Source: Lama guanicoe
Lineage: Eukaryota
Assembly: GCA_013239625.1 (NCBI GenBank)
Contig: MU054391.1
Span: forward strand, 2,943,130 to 3,007,129
Direction: 5' to 3'
DNA: 64,000 nt
The position numbers were made by a program, and so were the translations under genes. Shown here piece by piece: positions 51,051-63,324 of the stretch (position 1 is the first letter of the stretch; each line of letters starts with the position of its first letter). The notes under the pieces are model-generated. The model ran no database searches, was not told the origin of the DNA, and worked only from the letters and a program-made list of their open reading frames with translations.

Positions 51051-52184
51051 TCAGTTCCTCCTCATTCGTTTGCTTTCCAGCCACTGAAACGTGGACTTGT
51101 CTCCTCTCCCGTGCTCTCCGATTTTGTGCGCTTATGTCTTTTAAAATACATAAATGCAGCCTTAGAGGAGGAAGAGGAAAAAGCAAAAACAGATACGCAC
51201 GTGTTCAATCCACAATTTTTACTTACAGGTAATAATCATTTTTATCTGCAACTTTTATCTAGATTCAACTTAGAGGAGTAATCGTAACATCTGCGTGAAA
51301 CCTCCTCAGCTGTGAAAGGTGCAGGGAGAAAAGTAATGCATTCCACTGTAGCAACTTCCAAGAAGGCCAGTCCCTGGACAGCAGAGCGCGGCCAGCTATC
51401 ACTTACTGAATTACCCCTATGGGTCAAACGCTGTCTTCGCTGATTCACATGTATTATATGCAGTCCTCCGAATGCCCGGGTTTTTTGGTTTTGTTCTTTT
51501 CCGTTGCAGATGAAGCGGCAGGAGGGAAGACAGTTTAACAAAATTCCCCAAGGACACTCGGTTGGTAAGAAGGGAACTGTGTTGAAACCCAGAATTCAGC
51601 TGAAAAGATTTTTCCTTAGATTCCATCTGACTTTTCCACGTGTTAATGAATGTACTGTAGAGACAACTAAACAAAAGGGCGCATTAGACGTGATGAGAGA
51701 GAGATGACTTAAGTAAGCAACTTACTGATGCTCCATGTGGAGCAAAGTCATGACCAGAATGAGGAAAAGAGCGATGGCTTCTTCCATCTGTGCCCAGAAA
51801 GACAGTCCCCGTCTACGTGTTGTGATAAACCCATCCTAAAGCCAAGGCTGCACTAAAGTTCTTCCATGACAGGTGAACGTTGAAGAAAAAGCCCATAAAA
51901 CCAGTTGTTTCTGAACATCCATAAAACTGGGAGAATTTCCCTGAACCTCTTGAGGATGACATCAGCACCTGCTGATCACTCCACCAAGAGCAAAGGAGCT
52001 TTGTGTTTGATGGACTGTGGCCAACAGGAGTGCCACTTGGTCTGATCTGGTTATGAGCAGAGTTCAACGTAGACTTTCTTCACTGAGTGTTAACGGAAGT
52101 AGTTCAGTCCATGGAAAACTTACCCCTGCTTTCTCTCTGGTGTCCTGACTCGCTGTCTTTTAGGACATACACCCTGGTGCGTAA

Positions 52185-52390
52185 GAGTTGAAGCATGGAG
52201 TCTACCTCGGATAGACCTTAATTTGAGTTCCAGTTTGGCCATTTCCTGGGTGTTCCCCTTGGGCAAGTTACTGACTTCTCGGAGCCTATTTCCTCATCAG
52301 AAAGGAAAGCGGTCAAGCTAGCACTATTTTCTACGTGGGCTTGTTGTGCGGATTAAGTCTGTAAAGCGCTCAATGTGATTCCCAGCTTCA
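52185..52390 (+). mobile_element. MIR SINE
   Basis: agacctta...ccttgggcaagttactgacttctcggagcctatttcctcatc...ttgttgtgcggattaa...gtaaagcgctca. Confidence 0.8.
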
Positions 52391-52619
52391 CTGACAGTGT
52401 TACTTGTGTTTATTCTTTCAGTGACTTACTATTCAGTGTTTGATGGGCAACATGGTTGAAGCTGAGAGTTCAGAGAGGAATCGGACTAGATTCCTAATTT
52501 TAAGGAAGTGAGAGTTCGATGGGGGAGATGGAGTAGAAATAGCTCATTGTAATCGTTTCTGGGAAATGTGTCTCTACTAACAATTTACAGTGGTATCTAC
52601 ACACCACTGAATCTCACAT

Positions 52620-53685
52620 TCACATACTCCGCCGAGATCTTTCCTCTAGAAGCAGAGCGCCAGCTCCACATATCAGACTTCCCACCCACACTTGGGCTCC
52701 CAAGGACATCTCCAGCTCAACACATCCAACACCACCCTTGTCCTCTTTTCTAATCCTAGTCTCCTTTGACTTTGTCCGTCTTCATGGTAGAGGCACTGCC
52801 TCCCAACTGTATAAACTAGGAATCCAGGAGACATCCTTGAAATATTCCTATTGATTATCCACCCAGTATTTAACCATAAATATTCCAAACTTAACTCCAA
52901 AACATACTCAGATCTATTCATCATTTGTTCTGGTCTATTGCCAACACCCTGGTGAAGGCTCCCATGATCTCTCACCCATATTTCTATTACAGCTCATTCA
53001 CCAGCATCTCACCATGGTTTCCTCTCATTCATTCTCTGTGTTGCAGAATGAAAACTCTTCAATGTCCTTCTACTGCTTTCAAAAAAGAAAGAAATCCAAT
53101 TTCTTAGCAGCCAGGATGGCCCTGCTGACTGCAGCCACCCACCCTTCAGTCTGCTTCTCCACTTCCTTTCCTCTTTGCCCACTGCTCTGGGCTCCTTTTG
53201 GTTATGCTAATATGCTGGTTCCTTCTCACCACAGGGCCTTTGAACATGCCATTCCTACTTTTGGGGAAGATCTTGACCAACTACTTTGTCTAATTAACTC
53301 TGCTTCGCCTTCAGATAGCAGCTCAAGTGTCATTTTCTCAGAAAAAAAATGCTAGACTTTCCAGTTTGCTTGTCATAAGGTCTCATGGAAAATTTATTTT
53401 TCTTCAGAGCATTTATCTGTATGAGAAATAATCACATATTTTTTACTATGAGTATTTGATGAACCTCTCTCTCATCAATCAATAGAGGCAGAATGTTTTA
53501 CTCACTCTTACATCCCTAGAGGCAAGGACGGTGCCAGACACAAATGAAATCCACAGCAAAAATTCACGGAAGGAATGATGGACTGTGAGATCCAGGAGAG
53601 GCAGGGCTGAGCTTCCTTCCTTTGCTGTATCCACAGCCTAGCCCAGCGAGGTGCTCAGCAAATGTGCTTAAGTGCATGAATGAGG
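52620..53685 (+). mobile_element. L2 LINE 3' region
   Basis: gacatctccagctcaacacatccaa...attgccaacaccctggt...cagggcctttgaacatgc...cagctcaagtgtca, ending gtgctcagcaaatgtg...tgaatga. Confidence 0.8.
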
Positions 53686-55831
53686 ACAAGATTGAGGTGG
53701 AAGAATGGGATGCTTTGCTAAAGATAACGTGGGGCCACCTAGGGAAGCGGTCCAGCTGACGGGCGAGAGGAGGGCAGGCGGGATGCCTTCCCGGGTGAGG
53801 CTCACCGATCAGTCTGATGTGCAGAACACACGAATGGAGAGAGGAGGAGACCCGGTCTGCGAGGGAGCTCCAGCGTCTCAGCCGGGTCAGCGAGGAGGGT
53901 GAGCGCAAGGGGAGGTGCCTAGGAACCTGCTCCTAAGAAGACCCAGAAGAAATTAACAATCATCCCCCACGAGAAGGTCTGACAGCACCAAGGATGAGTC
54001 AGAAAGGAAACGGGCCGCAGTAACCTCCTCTGTGCACCAGGCACGGATTACACACGTCTGAGCTCTGAGCTCCTGGGTGTTTGATCAAAACAGAGCTGAG
54101 CCCGAGCTGAGAAGGGAAACAAGATGGGCACAGAGACAACAGGGGACCTGCATCCGCCATAACGCGATTAGTCTGGATGGATAGAATGTGAACAAGCAGA
54201 AAGAAGGACAGGCCCACACTTACACAATCAACGCAAGAAAACTCGGTGCCAAACAAGCATAAGGACTTAGTGCCCCTTTCAGCCTGGAGAGTCAAAGCAG
54301 GAGTCGGAAAGCAGACTTCCCGGGCACCCTCTGAGGCTGGCTGGACTCTGGTTCACCCTCGGAACTGCCCTCCACGAAGGCTGAGAAGCTCAGCGTGGGT
54401 CTCGTGCTGACATGGACCAGGGAGCGCGGTCCTCACAGGACATCCACCGCTTTCCTCCTCCGGAGTCTGCCTCCCTGTGCCGAGGGCCCTGTCCACTCTG
54501 GCCAGAGATGCCAACATGTCATGGATGGGATGCGATGCCACCTCCGCACTGGTGCCTGCTGACCTCTCAGGCGCCCTTCCGTCTCATTCCAGATCCCAAT
54601 GACCCGACACTCAGCTGTGGCCTTCTGTGCCCATCAGGTTCCCCCAGTGGCCCCAGGCGGGAGGTCCCTCTCTTTGCCCCGTCTGCCTTGTGTCCTTAAT
54701 ATCGTTACTCACTGAGCTTTTGCTCAGTTCTTTCAGGTTTAAATACACAGCTCCTTTTCCAAGGAAGCAGATGCGAGTTCATGGCATATGGACCTGAGCA
54801 CCAGGAGGGGTAGGTACCGAGTTTTGCTCAGAATTGCCCCCCCCCGCCATCCTGGGGCATCATTCTCATCCAAAGCTAATGAACTCAACTCATCTTTAGA
54901 AACTGAAATGCCTTCTTTCCAGGGAAGCAGCCCTTTTTTGCAAAGAGATTCTTTACAATTTGGCCTCATGTGATTGGAGTCAAACACACACGCAGTTTCA
55001 ACTGCAGATGTAAAGGCGTGTGTGGCGCTTTGGTAATGGTTTAATTTAATGCAGGGGAGGAAGCGCGGTCGTTTGTTTAGGGGGAAGGCAAGCACGTAAA
55101 GCCCATGTGTGTGTATTATACGGTTTTATCCTCAGAGCAGGTTCAGGGAGGAAAGCAGAATATACAGAAGTTTTCCCGAGAGTTGGCCACATACAGTTAG
55201 TACAATCCTTTCCACGGCTCTGTATGTCTGCCTTTCTTGTTCATTATTTGTGTGGACTAGTGCTTCTTGAATTCCTACGAGAACTCATTTTTGCCCACTA
55301 GCCATTTACATTCTTCCCATTTTTCCATCCTCGCTCATCTGTCACCCCTTCCAGTCAGTGTCTCCCGTACTGAACCCCACTCTGCCAGCGTAACAGCCGT
55401 CCCAGTGTGCTGTTCTCATACTTCCGTCCCGCATCCCAGTGCCACGTGCACCTGTGCTCCCGTCTTACCCCATCCTCCTTGCTCTGCTGTGCCCTCTGCC
55501 GACAAATACTGGGTAGCTGGGCTTCCCCGGGGGGGCACCTGCAGTCGTGCGGAATGTCATTTCCAGCTGTCAAGAAGGGCCAGATGTCTAGGTCTGGAGT
55601 GGTTGATGTTGTAGGTGGAGCCTTCTGAACCCAGAGGAGCTGCACATCCCTTGGGCTTCTCCCAGTGACAGAGACAGTGGGAGGATGTTGTCAGTTTGGG
55701 TTGAGATCCAGAGGGTCCCTCTCAACAGGAAACCCCCCCACCCGGAACCGCTTAACTTCTGTGCCTTTCCAAGCTAAAGGTGGAAAGAAGATGGCTGGCA
55801 TTTATTGTCAAATTCTGGGGTGGGGGGGCGG

Positions 55832-56010
55832 TGTGTCCTAGTCAGCCAGGCTGCTGTAACAAACAACTACAGACTGGCTGCACCCTCAGCACCTCATTAT
55901 CTCCCAAAGGCCCCGCCTCCCAAGACCACCGCGTTGGGGATTAGGGCTTCAGCACATGAACTGGAGGCAGGGCTGGTGGCTGGGCAGGGGGGCACATTCA
56001 GCCTACAGGA
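55832..56010 (-). mobile_element. Internally deleted MaLR LTR (MLT1A/MST-like)
   Basis: Both ends present (ggctgctgtaacaaacaactacagactgg and ctcccaaaggccccgcctccc...ttggggattaggg...cattcag) but only about 180 bp long. Confidence 0.75.
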
Positions 56011-56626
56011 ATGTGTATATGCAACAGTGAGGTTTATTTTTCTGGGGTGGGATTGAGTCTCCCCTGTACCAACTCAGTCATTAAGGCTGTGGGATACACG
56101 GAAACAGCCCGGGACCCAGATCCATTTCTCCACCTCTTGCCATCTGCCCATCCTTGGAAGGTCAAATAACCTCTTGTCTCACTGCCCCTCGGCTGGCTTC
56201 TCTGCACCATGGGCCTGGTAGTGTCTGCTCCCCCTATTTCAGGGGCCCGTTAGAGGAGTGAAAGGAGAGAGCGTGTGAATGAGAAACCCCTTTGAAAACC
56301 ACAACGTCCTTTATCCACGTGCCAGGAAGCTCAGGCATTTAGGCGCTGGCTTGAGGCAGAGGTGGGTCTCCAGCTGTGAATGGCGGCACCGGGCACCGAG
56401 AGGGACTTTGATCCTGACCTGTATTATCAGTAGCCCAGGTCTCAGTTTGCTGTGGCCTTCTGTGCTGTCTACAACTGTTGTACGACCTTTTCATTTTATC
56501 CAGATTCTCCAATGAAACAAACTCAAAAATGCAACAGCCTATGTCTTGGTTTCACCGCATTTGTGATTTAAAAATAAGGCTGAATAATTTGGAATTGAAA
56601 GCAAGAATCTACTTCAATCTACTTAC

Positions 56627-56686
56627 CTCCAAACAAACCAACTTAATAGTTCTAAACCTCTCTTTAACTTTATATTTGGGAGAAAC
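56627..56686 (-). other. Candidate internal exon (60 nt)
   Basis: Minus strand: acaattttctttcag|GTTTCT...TTGGAG|gtaagt, a consensus acceptor and donor. Confidence 0.35.
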
Positions 56687-57119
56687 CTGAAAGAAAATTG
56701 TGTTCAAATTCTACCATTTCATCCAAGAAGAACCAGAGCCACAACATGCAAGCGACTGAAGTTGCAGAGAAAATGAATGACAGAGTTAGGACTGAAAATC
56801 ATCTGTCCCTGGAGCCAAGCCAGTGCCCTTTTGCCTGTCATCTTGTTTCTTCCCATTCTTTCTCCTATGTGCATACAGATAGAATTTGATTAAAACATAT
56901 AAACATTAGTAATTTAACTTTTCATTTAAACTTTTTTATTATATTACAAGAATAAATCAGTTCCTAAGTAGCAACATAACACATTCTGCATTCTTAAGAA
57001 CTCTTCTGAGCCATCTAAAATTTTAGCATAATTTTTTCCATGTGTTTTTATTTTTCAGGCTACCACTAAGAATCACGTGAGTAACCACAGTCACCTTTCA
57101 AAGGGTTTCCCTGTGTTTC

Positions 57120-57560
57120 AGCAGAGGGGTTCTCTTAAACATTCAGGTGACAGACAGCATGGGATGTCTCAACTTCAGAACCACCAATGGTTTTCCATCT
57201 CTCTTGGAATAAACCCCAAAATCTTTGCACCCGCCTATGAGGCTCTGAATGGTCTGAACTCGGCTACCTCCCAGCTATACCAAACATTGTGTTTTCTTCT
57301 CTCTAACCCAACAGGATTGTTTCCAGTTCCTTTACCAAGACTACTGTCTGCTGGCTGCTTTCTGGAATGTTCTGCCACACTTGACTTCTTCCTGCTCATT
57401 CTCAGAAAGGCCTTCCCTAGACCAGGCACCTCTCTTCTGCGTTCTCATGGAATCCTCTTATGTTCCCACTTTACACCGCTGTAAGTATGCGCTATATTGT
57501 TGGTCACTGTTGGCTGAGCATCACTCATCCCGCTGTCCCCCAGGTCCCAGGAGACGAGCA
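57120..57560 (+). mobile_element. L2 fragment
   Basis: tcttaaacattcaggtgaca...ccaatggttttccatctctcttggaataaaccccaaa...gaggctctg. Confidence 0.65.
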
Positions 57561-57579
57561 TCAGGAATGGTTTTAACAC

Positions 57580-57695
57580 AGTGCCTACTGGCCATTTGTG
57601 TGTCTTCATTGGAGAATCGCTTGTTTGGGTCTTCTGCCCATTTTTGGATTGGATTTTTTGTTGTTGTTGTTATTAAGTTGTATGAACTGTGTTAG
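57580..57695 (-). mobile_element. Short L1 ORF2 fragment
   Basis: gtgcctactggccatttgtgtgtcttcattggagaa...tctgcccatttttggattgg matches 3545-3620. Confidence 0.8.
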
Positions 57696-58699
57696 ATAAA
57701 CGTCATTCAGGCACGAGGCGTCGGTTCAATGTTAATGAACCAATAACGTATGTTAGATAAGATGTCTTTAAGGAGAAATACACATAGAATAATTATGTTA
57801 TGAAAAAAAATGATGGTTTTAGATTCCTACGGCCTAGGAAGACACTTAGCACATAGCTGGGATTCAAAGAATACTCTCACTGATTTTCTGTCTTACCCCT
57901 TCTACTGACTGAGTGACAGAGTCTCCAGTTAGTCCCTGGGCGGATGTGCTTCCTTGTCCTGACGCAGCATCTGACCCCTGTCTAACTCTGCCTTCACCTT
58001 AGGTTAACCATCCACCTCACGCTCCATCTTATGTGGGCTTCCCCAGTTCTGTCTTCATCTTTGCTTTTCTCCTGCAAGTGGGGACCTCACCTATGTCTGA
58101 GCTAGACGAGGCCCTGGGTACCACTCCTCCCCCTGGGTTACTAGCATTTCCTTCTCTCCATTTTTCTCTGATCTGTGTCCTGAGAGCTAGGTGAGAGATG
58201 GACAGCACCTTAAAGATTTTCTTGACCAAGAAAGTTAACTTGGAAGAAGTTCTCAGCTGGAGCTGTTGACACTCTTGATGTCAAATTTGCAGCATTGTTG
58301 GGTAGATGGTAAAACATTTTTAGCGTGTGTCTCAGACATCCATCCACTGTCCATCAGATAAGACTTGTCCTGAGTTAGGAGAATGGGGTAAAAAGTGAGG
58401 GACATGCAAGTACTGTGACAACCAGAAACAGTCACCGTTGCGTGCTTTACCTATGGTGTCTCAGGAGAGATGAGGGGTTATTGTTCTCATTTCATAGTCC
58501 CTCATGCCTAGGAAAAAACTGTGACTTTGCCAAGATTACGTTTCTAGTGAGAGGCAGGCTTCTGGGCACTCACATCCGCTTCCTTTGATTTAAATCCTGC
58601 CACCTGTAAAGGTCAGTGTGAGAAGGACACGGGGCCTCAGGCTTGACCAGGTCCCACTTGTGTTCCATCACAGGTCAGGGTGCTGAGCTTCATCGGGCA

Positions 58700-59450
58700 G
58701 CAACAGTGTGCAAATCAGAACCACAGTGAGAGCACCAAAGTGGAAAGAAAACGATTCTAACAAAACCCCGTCTCCTGGACGCCGGGGAGCAGTGGTGTCT
58801 GTCCTGCTAGCTGGCAGGGCGCCCACGGGCACAATCACAGGAAGGCTTCCCAGGAAGGTTGTCTAGAGAGCTGAGCCAGGCAACTCCTCACCTGCGGACC
58901 TGCCCTGGACACTGGTTCACATGTCCAGGGAAGCAGGAGAAAGATGGCCACAGAAGCACGTGGTAGACCATTGCATTGATGCACTGGGAGATGGGCACCA
59001 ACTAGGAGCACCGCGTGTATCGGCAAGACTGAGTGGACGTCAGCCACGCACGTCGACGTGGGTGAGGCTCAAAAACACAGTGTTGAGTGAAAAAGGTGTG
59101 ACAGCATAATTCACTTAATCAAATGAAAAATTAATGTATCAGTTATGGAGATAGCTAGCAGACATGTGAGAAAATTAGGAAGGAAAGCAAAGAATTAAAA
59201 ATACAATCAGGGGAGGGTCTAGCTCCGTGGTACAGCACGTACTTAGCATGCACGAGGTCTGGGGTCCGATCCTCAGGACCCACATCAAAAATAAATCATT
59301 GAGCCTAGTTACTGCCCACCCCCAAAACCCTCCCAAAGTGTAACAAACAAAAATTAAAAAATGAAGTACAATTGATACTGTGTCTTCCCCTCCCTGAGGG
59401 GCAGAAGGTGTTTGTGTTTGGAAAGGGGCAACAGGATACTTCAAAATCAC
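58700..59450 (+). mobile_element. Ancient L1M 3' region (GC-shifted), interrupted by a SINE
   Basis: gtgcaaatcagaaccacagtgaga, atgtccagg...agatgg...gtggta, ctcaaaaacacagtgttgagtgaaaaagg. Confidence 0.6.
59210..59362 (+). mobile_element. tRNA-Ala-derived SINE (Vic-1-like)
   Basis: gggagggtctagctccgtggtacagcacgtacttagcatgcacgaggtctggggtccgatcctcaggacc plus an A-rich tail. Confidence 0.88.
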
Positions 59451-59969
59451 TGGCCAGACTTCTTTTTTCCAACTTTGTTCTGGGAATTTCTCAAGCTCAG
59501 GTGTTCATTTTTTACTGTTATTCTTAAGCATTGTGTGTTGTGTGTACTTTTGGTCCATGTGATATTTTAAAAGTGGAACATTGACTCCAAAAATATTTTG
59601 TAATTACAGATAATATTATAGTTTTTATGCTGCGGGAGAACAGATTGTCTGACATTGCTTTCCATAATTCAAAATGTTCCGACCAGCTCAGTAAGCTGCA
59701 AAATAAGGCAGAGGCTTGGGTTCTGTTGAAAATCATGAGAAATCCAATTCCATCACATTAAAGAGCTCAGGAAACCTGCACCCTGTGCTGCAAATCAAAG
59801 AGCCACAGATTCAGAACAAACCTCCGCGTTCGGCGAGGCCCAGCTGCCGCGACACACTGGGCGACAGCTCTCTTCCTTTTTACTTTTAACGCAACTGGAG
59901 TGACTTGATCTAATTTTATTTCTATATTAAATATGTGCAAAGACAAATGAACGGCGATCATTTCTCAGT

Positions 59970-60590
59970 AGCTGCTGCGTGCTCGGCATGGCTCTCGGCA
60001 GTAAGGAAGCCGGGAGACGTGAGAGTCGGCCCCCGTCTTCAGGGAGAGCCCTGTGCCACGGGGAAGGCGGCCCCTGGCGGGGAGCCCTGACCGCGAGTCC
60101 CCGCCGTGCGCGCAGTGAAGGGAGAGAGGCGTCTCCTGCGGCACAAGGCCCAGCGTGGGGAGGCGGGGGCAGCCGTGGTGGAGCAGGGAAGCGACGAGCC
60201 GGGTCCTGAAGGAGGGGACGGGGAGGAGCAAGCCCTCAGGAGACGGCGGGCGGGGGCCTGTTCCAGGAGAGGGACTGGACGGAGCGGCCGGGAGGCGAGG
60301 GCTCGGCCCGCCGGGGCGCATGCAGGGTTCTGACTGGGATGGCGCCCCAGGACAGGTCCCCTTCCCCCGCTGAAAGTAGGGCCTTGCTGTGGGCCGTCTC
60401 GCGCTGAGATGGTGTGGAGCCGAGGAGTGATTACCGCGCAGGCATCTGGCTGAGGGACGCGCAAGGCGCGACGAGAGGAAGCACAGATGCGCGCAGACGC
60501 GGCGCCGGGCTCGGGCGGCCGGATGCGGAGACGCCGGGTGCGGGGCGGGGGGAGCTGGCCAGGCGGCTGCGAAACACACACTGGGCGCAG
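59970..60590. promoter_or_regulatory. CpG island with GC boxes
   Basis: Dense CpG (gacgcgcaaggcgcgacg, gcgcgcagacgcggcgccgg) and Sp/KLF-type ggggcggggg at about 60542. Confidence 0.72.
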
Positions 60591-61683
60591 CTTTTGCTCT
60601 TCTTTGTTCGCAAACGCAAAAATCCTCTTCCGATTCCTTTCAGTCAGCGAAAACAGGCACTAAGGCAGGGCTTTCTAACAAGCCAAGTGGTGTAAAGCAA
60701 GCTTCTGGAAAGCTGGAAGTACCGGTACGTTGGCCAGATGATAAACGCAAAAGAGACCCGAGAGGGGCTTCTGAGCTTTATTCTGTGTCCTGGTATCTCA
60801 GCCACCCGCGGGAGCCCGAGACTGGCACTCAGGGGACGAGTCACGCCCTGCACGGTCACCTACGCCTGCCTGTCCTCGAGCGCGTCCTGGAAGTTCGCTG
60901 AATGTCCTTTCCTTGCCGCCCTCTCAGCACCTGCAGAGGGTCTGGCCCGAGGTGGGGGAGCAGCGGGGTTTGGGGAGGGCGAAGGGCACAGCGCAAGGGG
61001 CAGGGATGAGCACCGGCGGCGTGCTGGGACGCCAGGGCCAGTCCTTGCTGACAGGCGCATACGCCGACTTCTGATGACAATGACCACAGTGAAGGAGGCT
61101 CCCAGTTCCCTCACATGCTGCGCACACACACGCTGCACACATCTCTGCAGTGTGACAGTGTCTTTCCTCCCATTAGACTGTGACTTCCTTGGGAACAGAG
61201 CCTGTACCTCATTCACGTATTACGTCCCACACCTGGCCCAGCTTGGTGACACGATAGGGATGGATGAACGTGGGGCATCCCTTCCGGCTACATACGTGTG
61301 AGGGGGTCTTTCTTACAGAAGGCCACACTGGAGACTCCTGTCTCATGCTTCATTTAGAGCACCCCCTGACCACACCCACACTAACCCACACACTTCCTGG
61401 CTCCCTCCCCTGCTTCAGTTTCCTCTGCAGAAACGCTTAACATCTACTATCGGCGCCTACAACTTGCTTTTTGGTCTGTTGGTGGCCTTCCTCTGTAGAG
61501 AGCCGAGAGGCCAGGGGTTCCCAGTCTTTACTCAGCGGTTCCTGAAATACACCTGGGCTCAGTTAGCATCTGCTGGGTCAACGTAGGAAGGAAAGAATCA
61601 GTGTTTGTCTGGGATACTGGCTGTTGGCTGTTAGGCTTCCACTGAATGTTGGGCGTTTGAAATTTAATGCAGGACTCTCTGTA

Positions 61684-62431
61684 TAGAGAGTGTGGAGAAA
61701 AGGGAACCCTCCTACACTGTTGGTGGGAATGTAGTTTGGTGCAGCCATTGTGGAAGACAATAAGGAGCGTCCTTAAAAACTAAAAATAGAGCTACCATAT
61801 GATCCATCACTCCCACTCCTGGGCATGTTTCCAAAGGAAACTCTAATTTGAAAAGTTACAGGCACCCCTGTGTTCATAGCAGCACTATTTACAGTAGCCA
61901 AGACATGGAAGCAACATACACGTCTATCGATAGATGACTGGATAAAGAAGATGTGGTGTATTTATGTAATGGAATGCTACTCAGCCATGAAAAAGAATGA
62001 AATAATGCTATTTGCAGCAACATGGATGGACCTGGAGATTATCCTACTAAGTGAAGTAAGTTAGAGAAAGACAAATATCATATGATATCACTCTTATGTG
62101 GAATCTTAAAAAATGACACAAATGAACTTATTACAAAACAGAAACAGACTCACAGACATAGAAAACAAACTGATGGTTACCAAGGGGGGGAAAGGAGATG
62201 ATGTGGGATAAATTGGGAGTTTAGGATTTGCAGATACTAACTACTATGTATAAAATAGATAAATAACAAGGTCCTACTATATAGCCTGGGAAACTATATT
62301 CAATATCTTGTAATAGCCTATAATGAAAAATAATATGAAAAGGAATACATACATGTATAACTGAATCACTATGCTGCACACCAGAAATCAGCACAACATT
62401 GTAAGTAAACTATACTTTAGTTTAAAAAAAA
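61684..62431 (+). mobile_element. 5'-truncated LINE-1 (ORF2 C-terminus, 3' UTR, poly-A)
   Basis: ORF 61870-62064, MFIAALFTVAKTWKQ...WMDLEIILLSEVS, is the L1 ORF2p C-terminus. Same family as the copy at 32584; ends tttaaaaaaaa. Confidence 0.96.
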
Positions 62432-63168
62432 TCTCCAGACAATACAGAAGTGGCTTGGGATCCAAGGCTGGTCCCCCTGGCAGGATCCGCACCTGAGCAC
62501 ACAGTGAAGTGGCCCCGTGGACCCCAGACAACTACACCTTCTGAGGGGAAATGCGTTCATTAGGTGCTAGTAGCATCCGTCTCTGGGCACATCCCTATTC
62601 TTTGGAGAAACCAGGGGTGGGACCAGAGTGAGATTCTGTGCCAGTATGTGGACCTCCTTCAACCAGTGTCCTCTTAATGTGTACCCAATGGTTGTTTAGA
62701 AGAGTGTTGTTTGAAAGAAGGGCCCAATAGTATTAGTAAAAAATATTAGAATAAAATAATTTAATAACTCCTATTTAAAGAGCGTTTAAGAGCTCTCACA
62801 TACTTTTAAAAGTCACTCATCAAGATAGACCTACATTCTCTTAAGGTGAATTCTTCCATTCTCTTCCCTTGGCTCCTGCCCTCCGCTTCCTCTGTCTTTC
62901 TCATCTGTACGTCACCCGCTCTGTGCCATGCACTGGGCGGGCCCCTTAGCACGCTCAGGGGAGTGGTGCAGAGAGGAGAGGACACGGTGCCCTGTGGTAG
63001 GTGCTTCAAGGGGGGGCAGATAAAAGGTTAAAGCCGGAGCCCATGACTTACAGAACAAAAGGCCCTGTGTAAACAGCAAATCATTTCCGTTTAGTTTCCG
63101 GGCCGGCTGGGCCTCGGGGGCCCTGAAGACGGCCTAGAAAAGAGACGGGGCGACTTCACAAGGCTTAC

Positions 63169-63324
63169 CGATGTGTCTGTCCAGTGCGGCATTTAAGGGC
63201 ATAATCGTTCAGAGAATGAAAACGAACATCTGCATTCTCCTCCTCAAGCAGACGTGCCCAAGTGTGGAATACGCCACAGGATGCTGTTCTTTTATTCAGT
63301 TGATCAAGTGGTCTAATCAATAGG
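63169..63324 (-). other. Candidate internal exon (156 nt)
   Basis: Minus strand: ttcttttttttcccttcaatctccag|CCTATT...ACATCG|gtaagc, with a long pyrimidine tract and one open frame. Confidence 0.45.

Noticed and set aside
609..54001. AP-1 (TGA[C/G]TCA) enrichment
   Set aside because: About eight sites were noticed (609, 9834, 21609, 23211, 24658, 25546, 46387, 53995), roughly the chance expectation for 64 kb.
61870..62064. Clean ORF with protein similarity
   Set aside because: It is the L1 ORF2p C-terminus inside a 5'-truncated retrotransposon, not a host gene.
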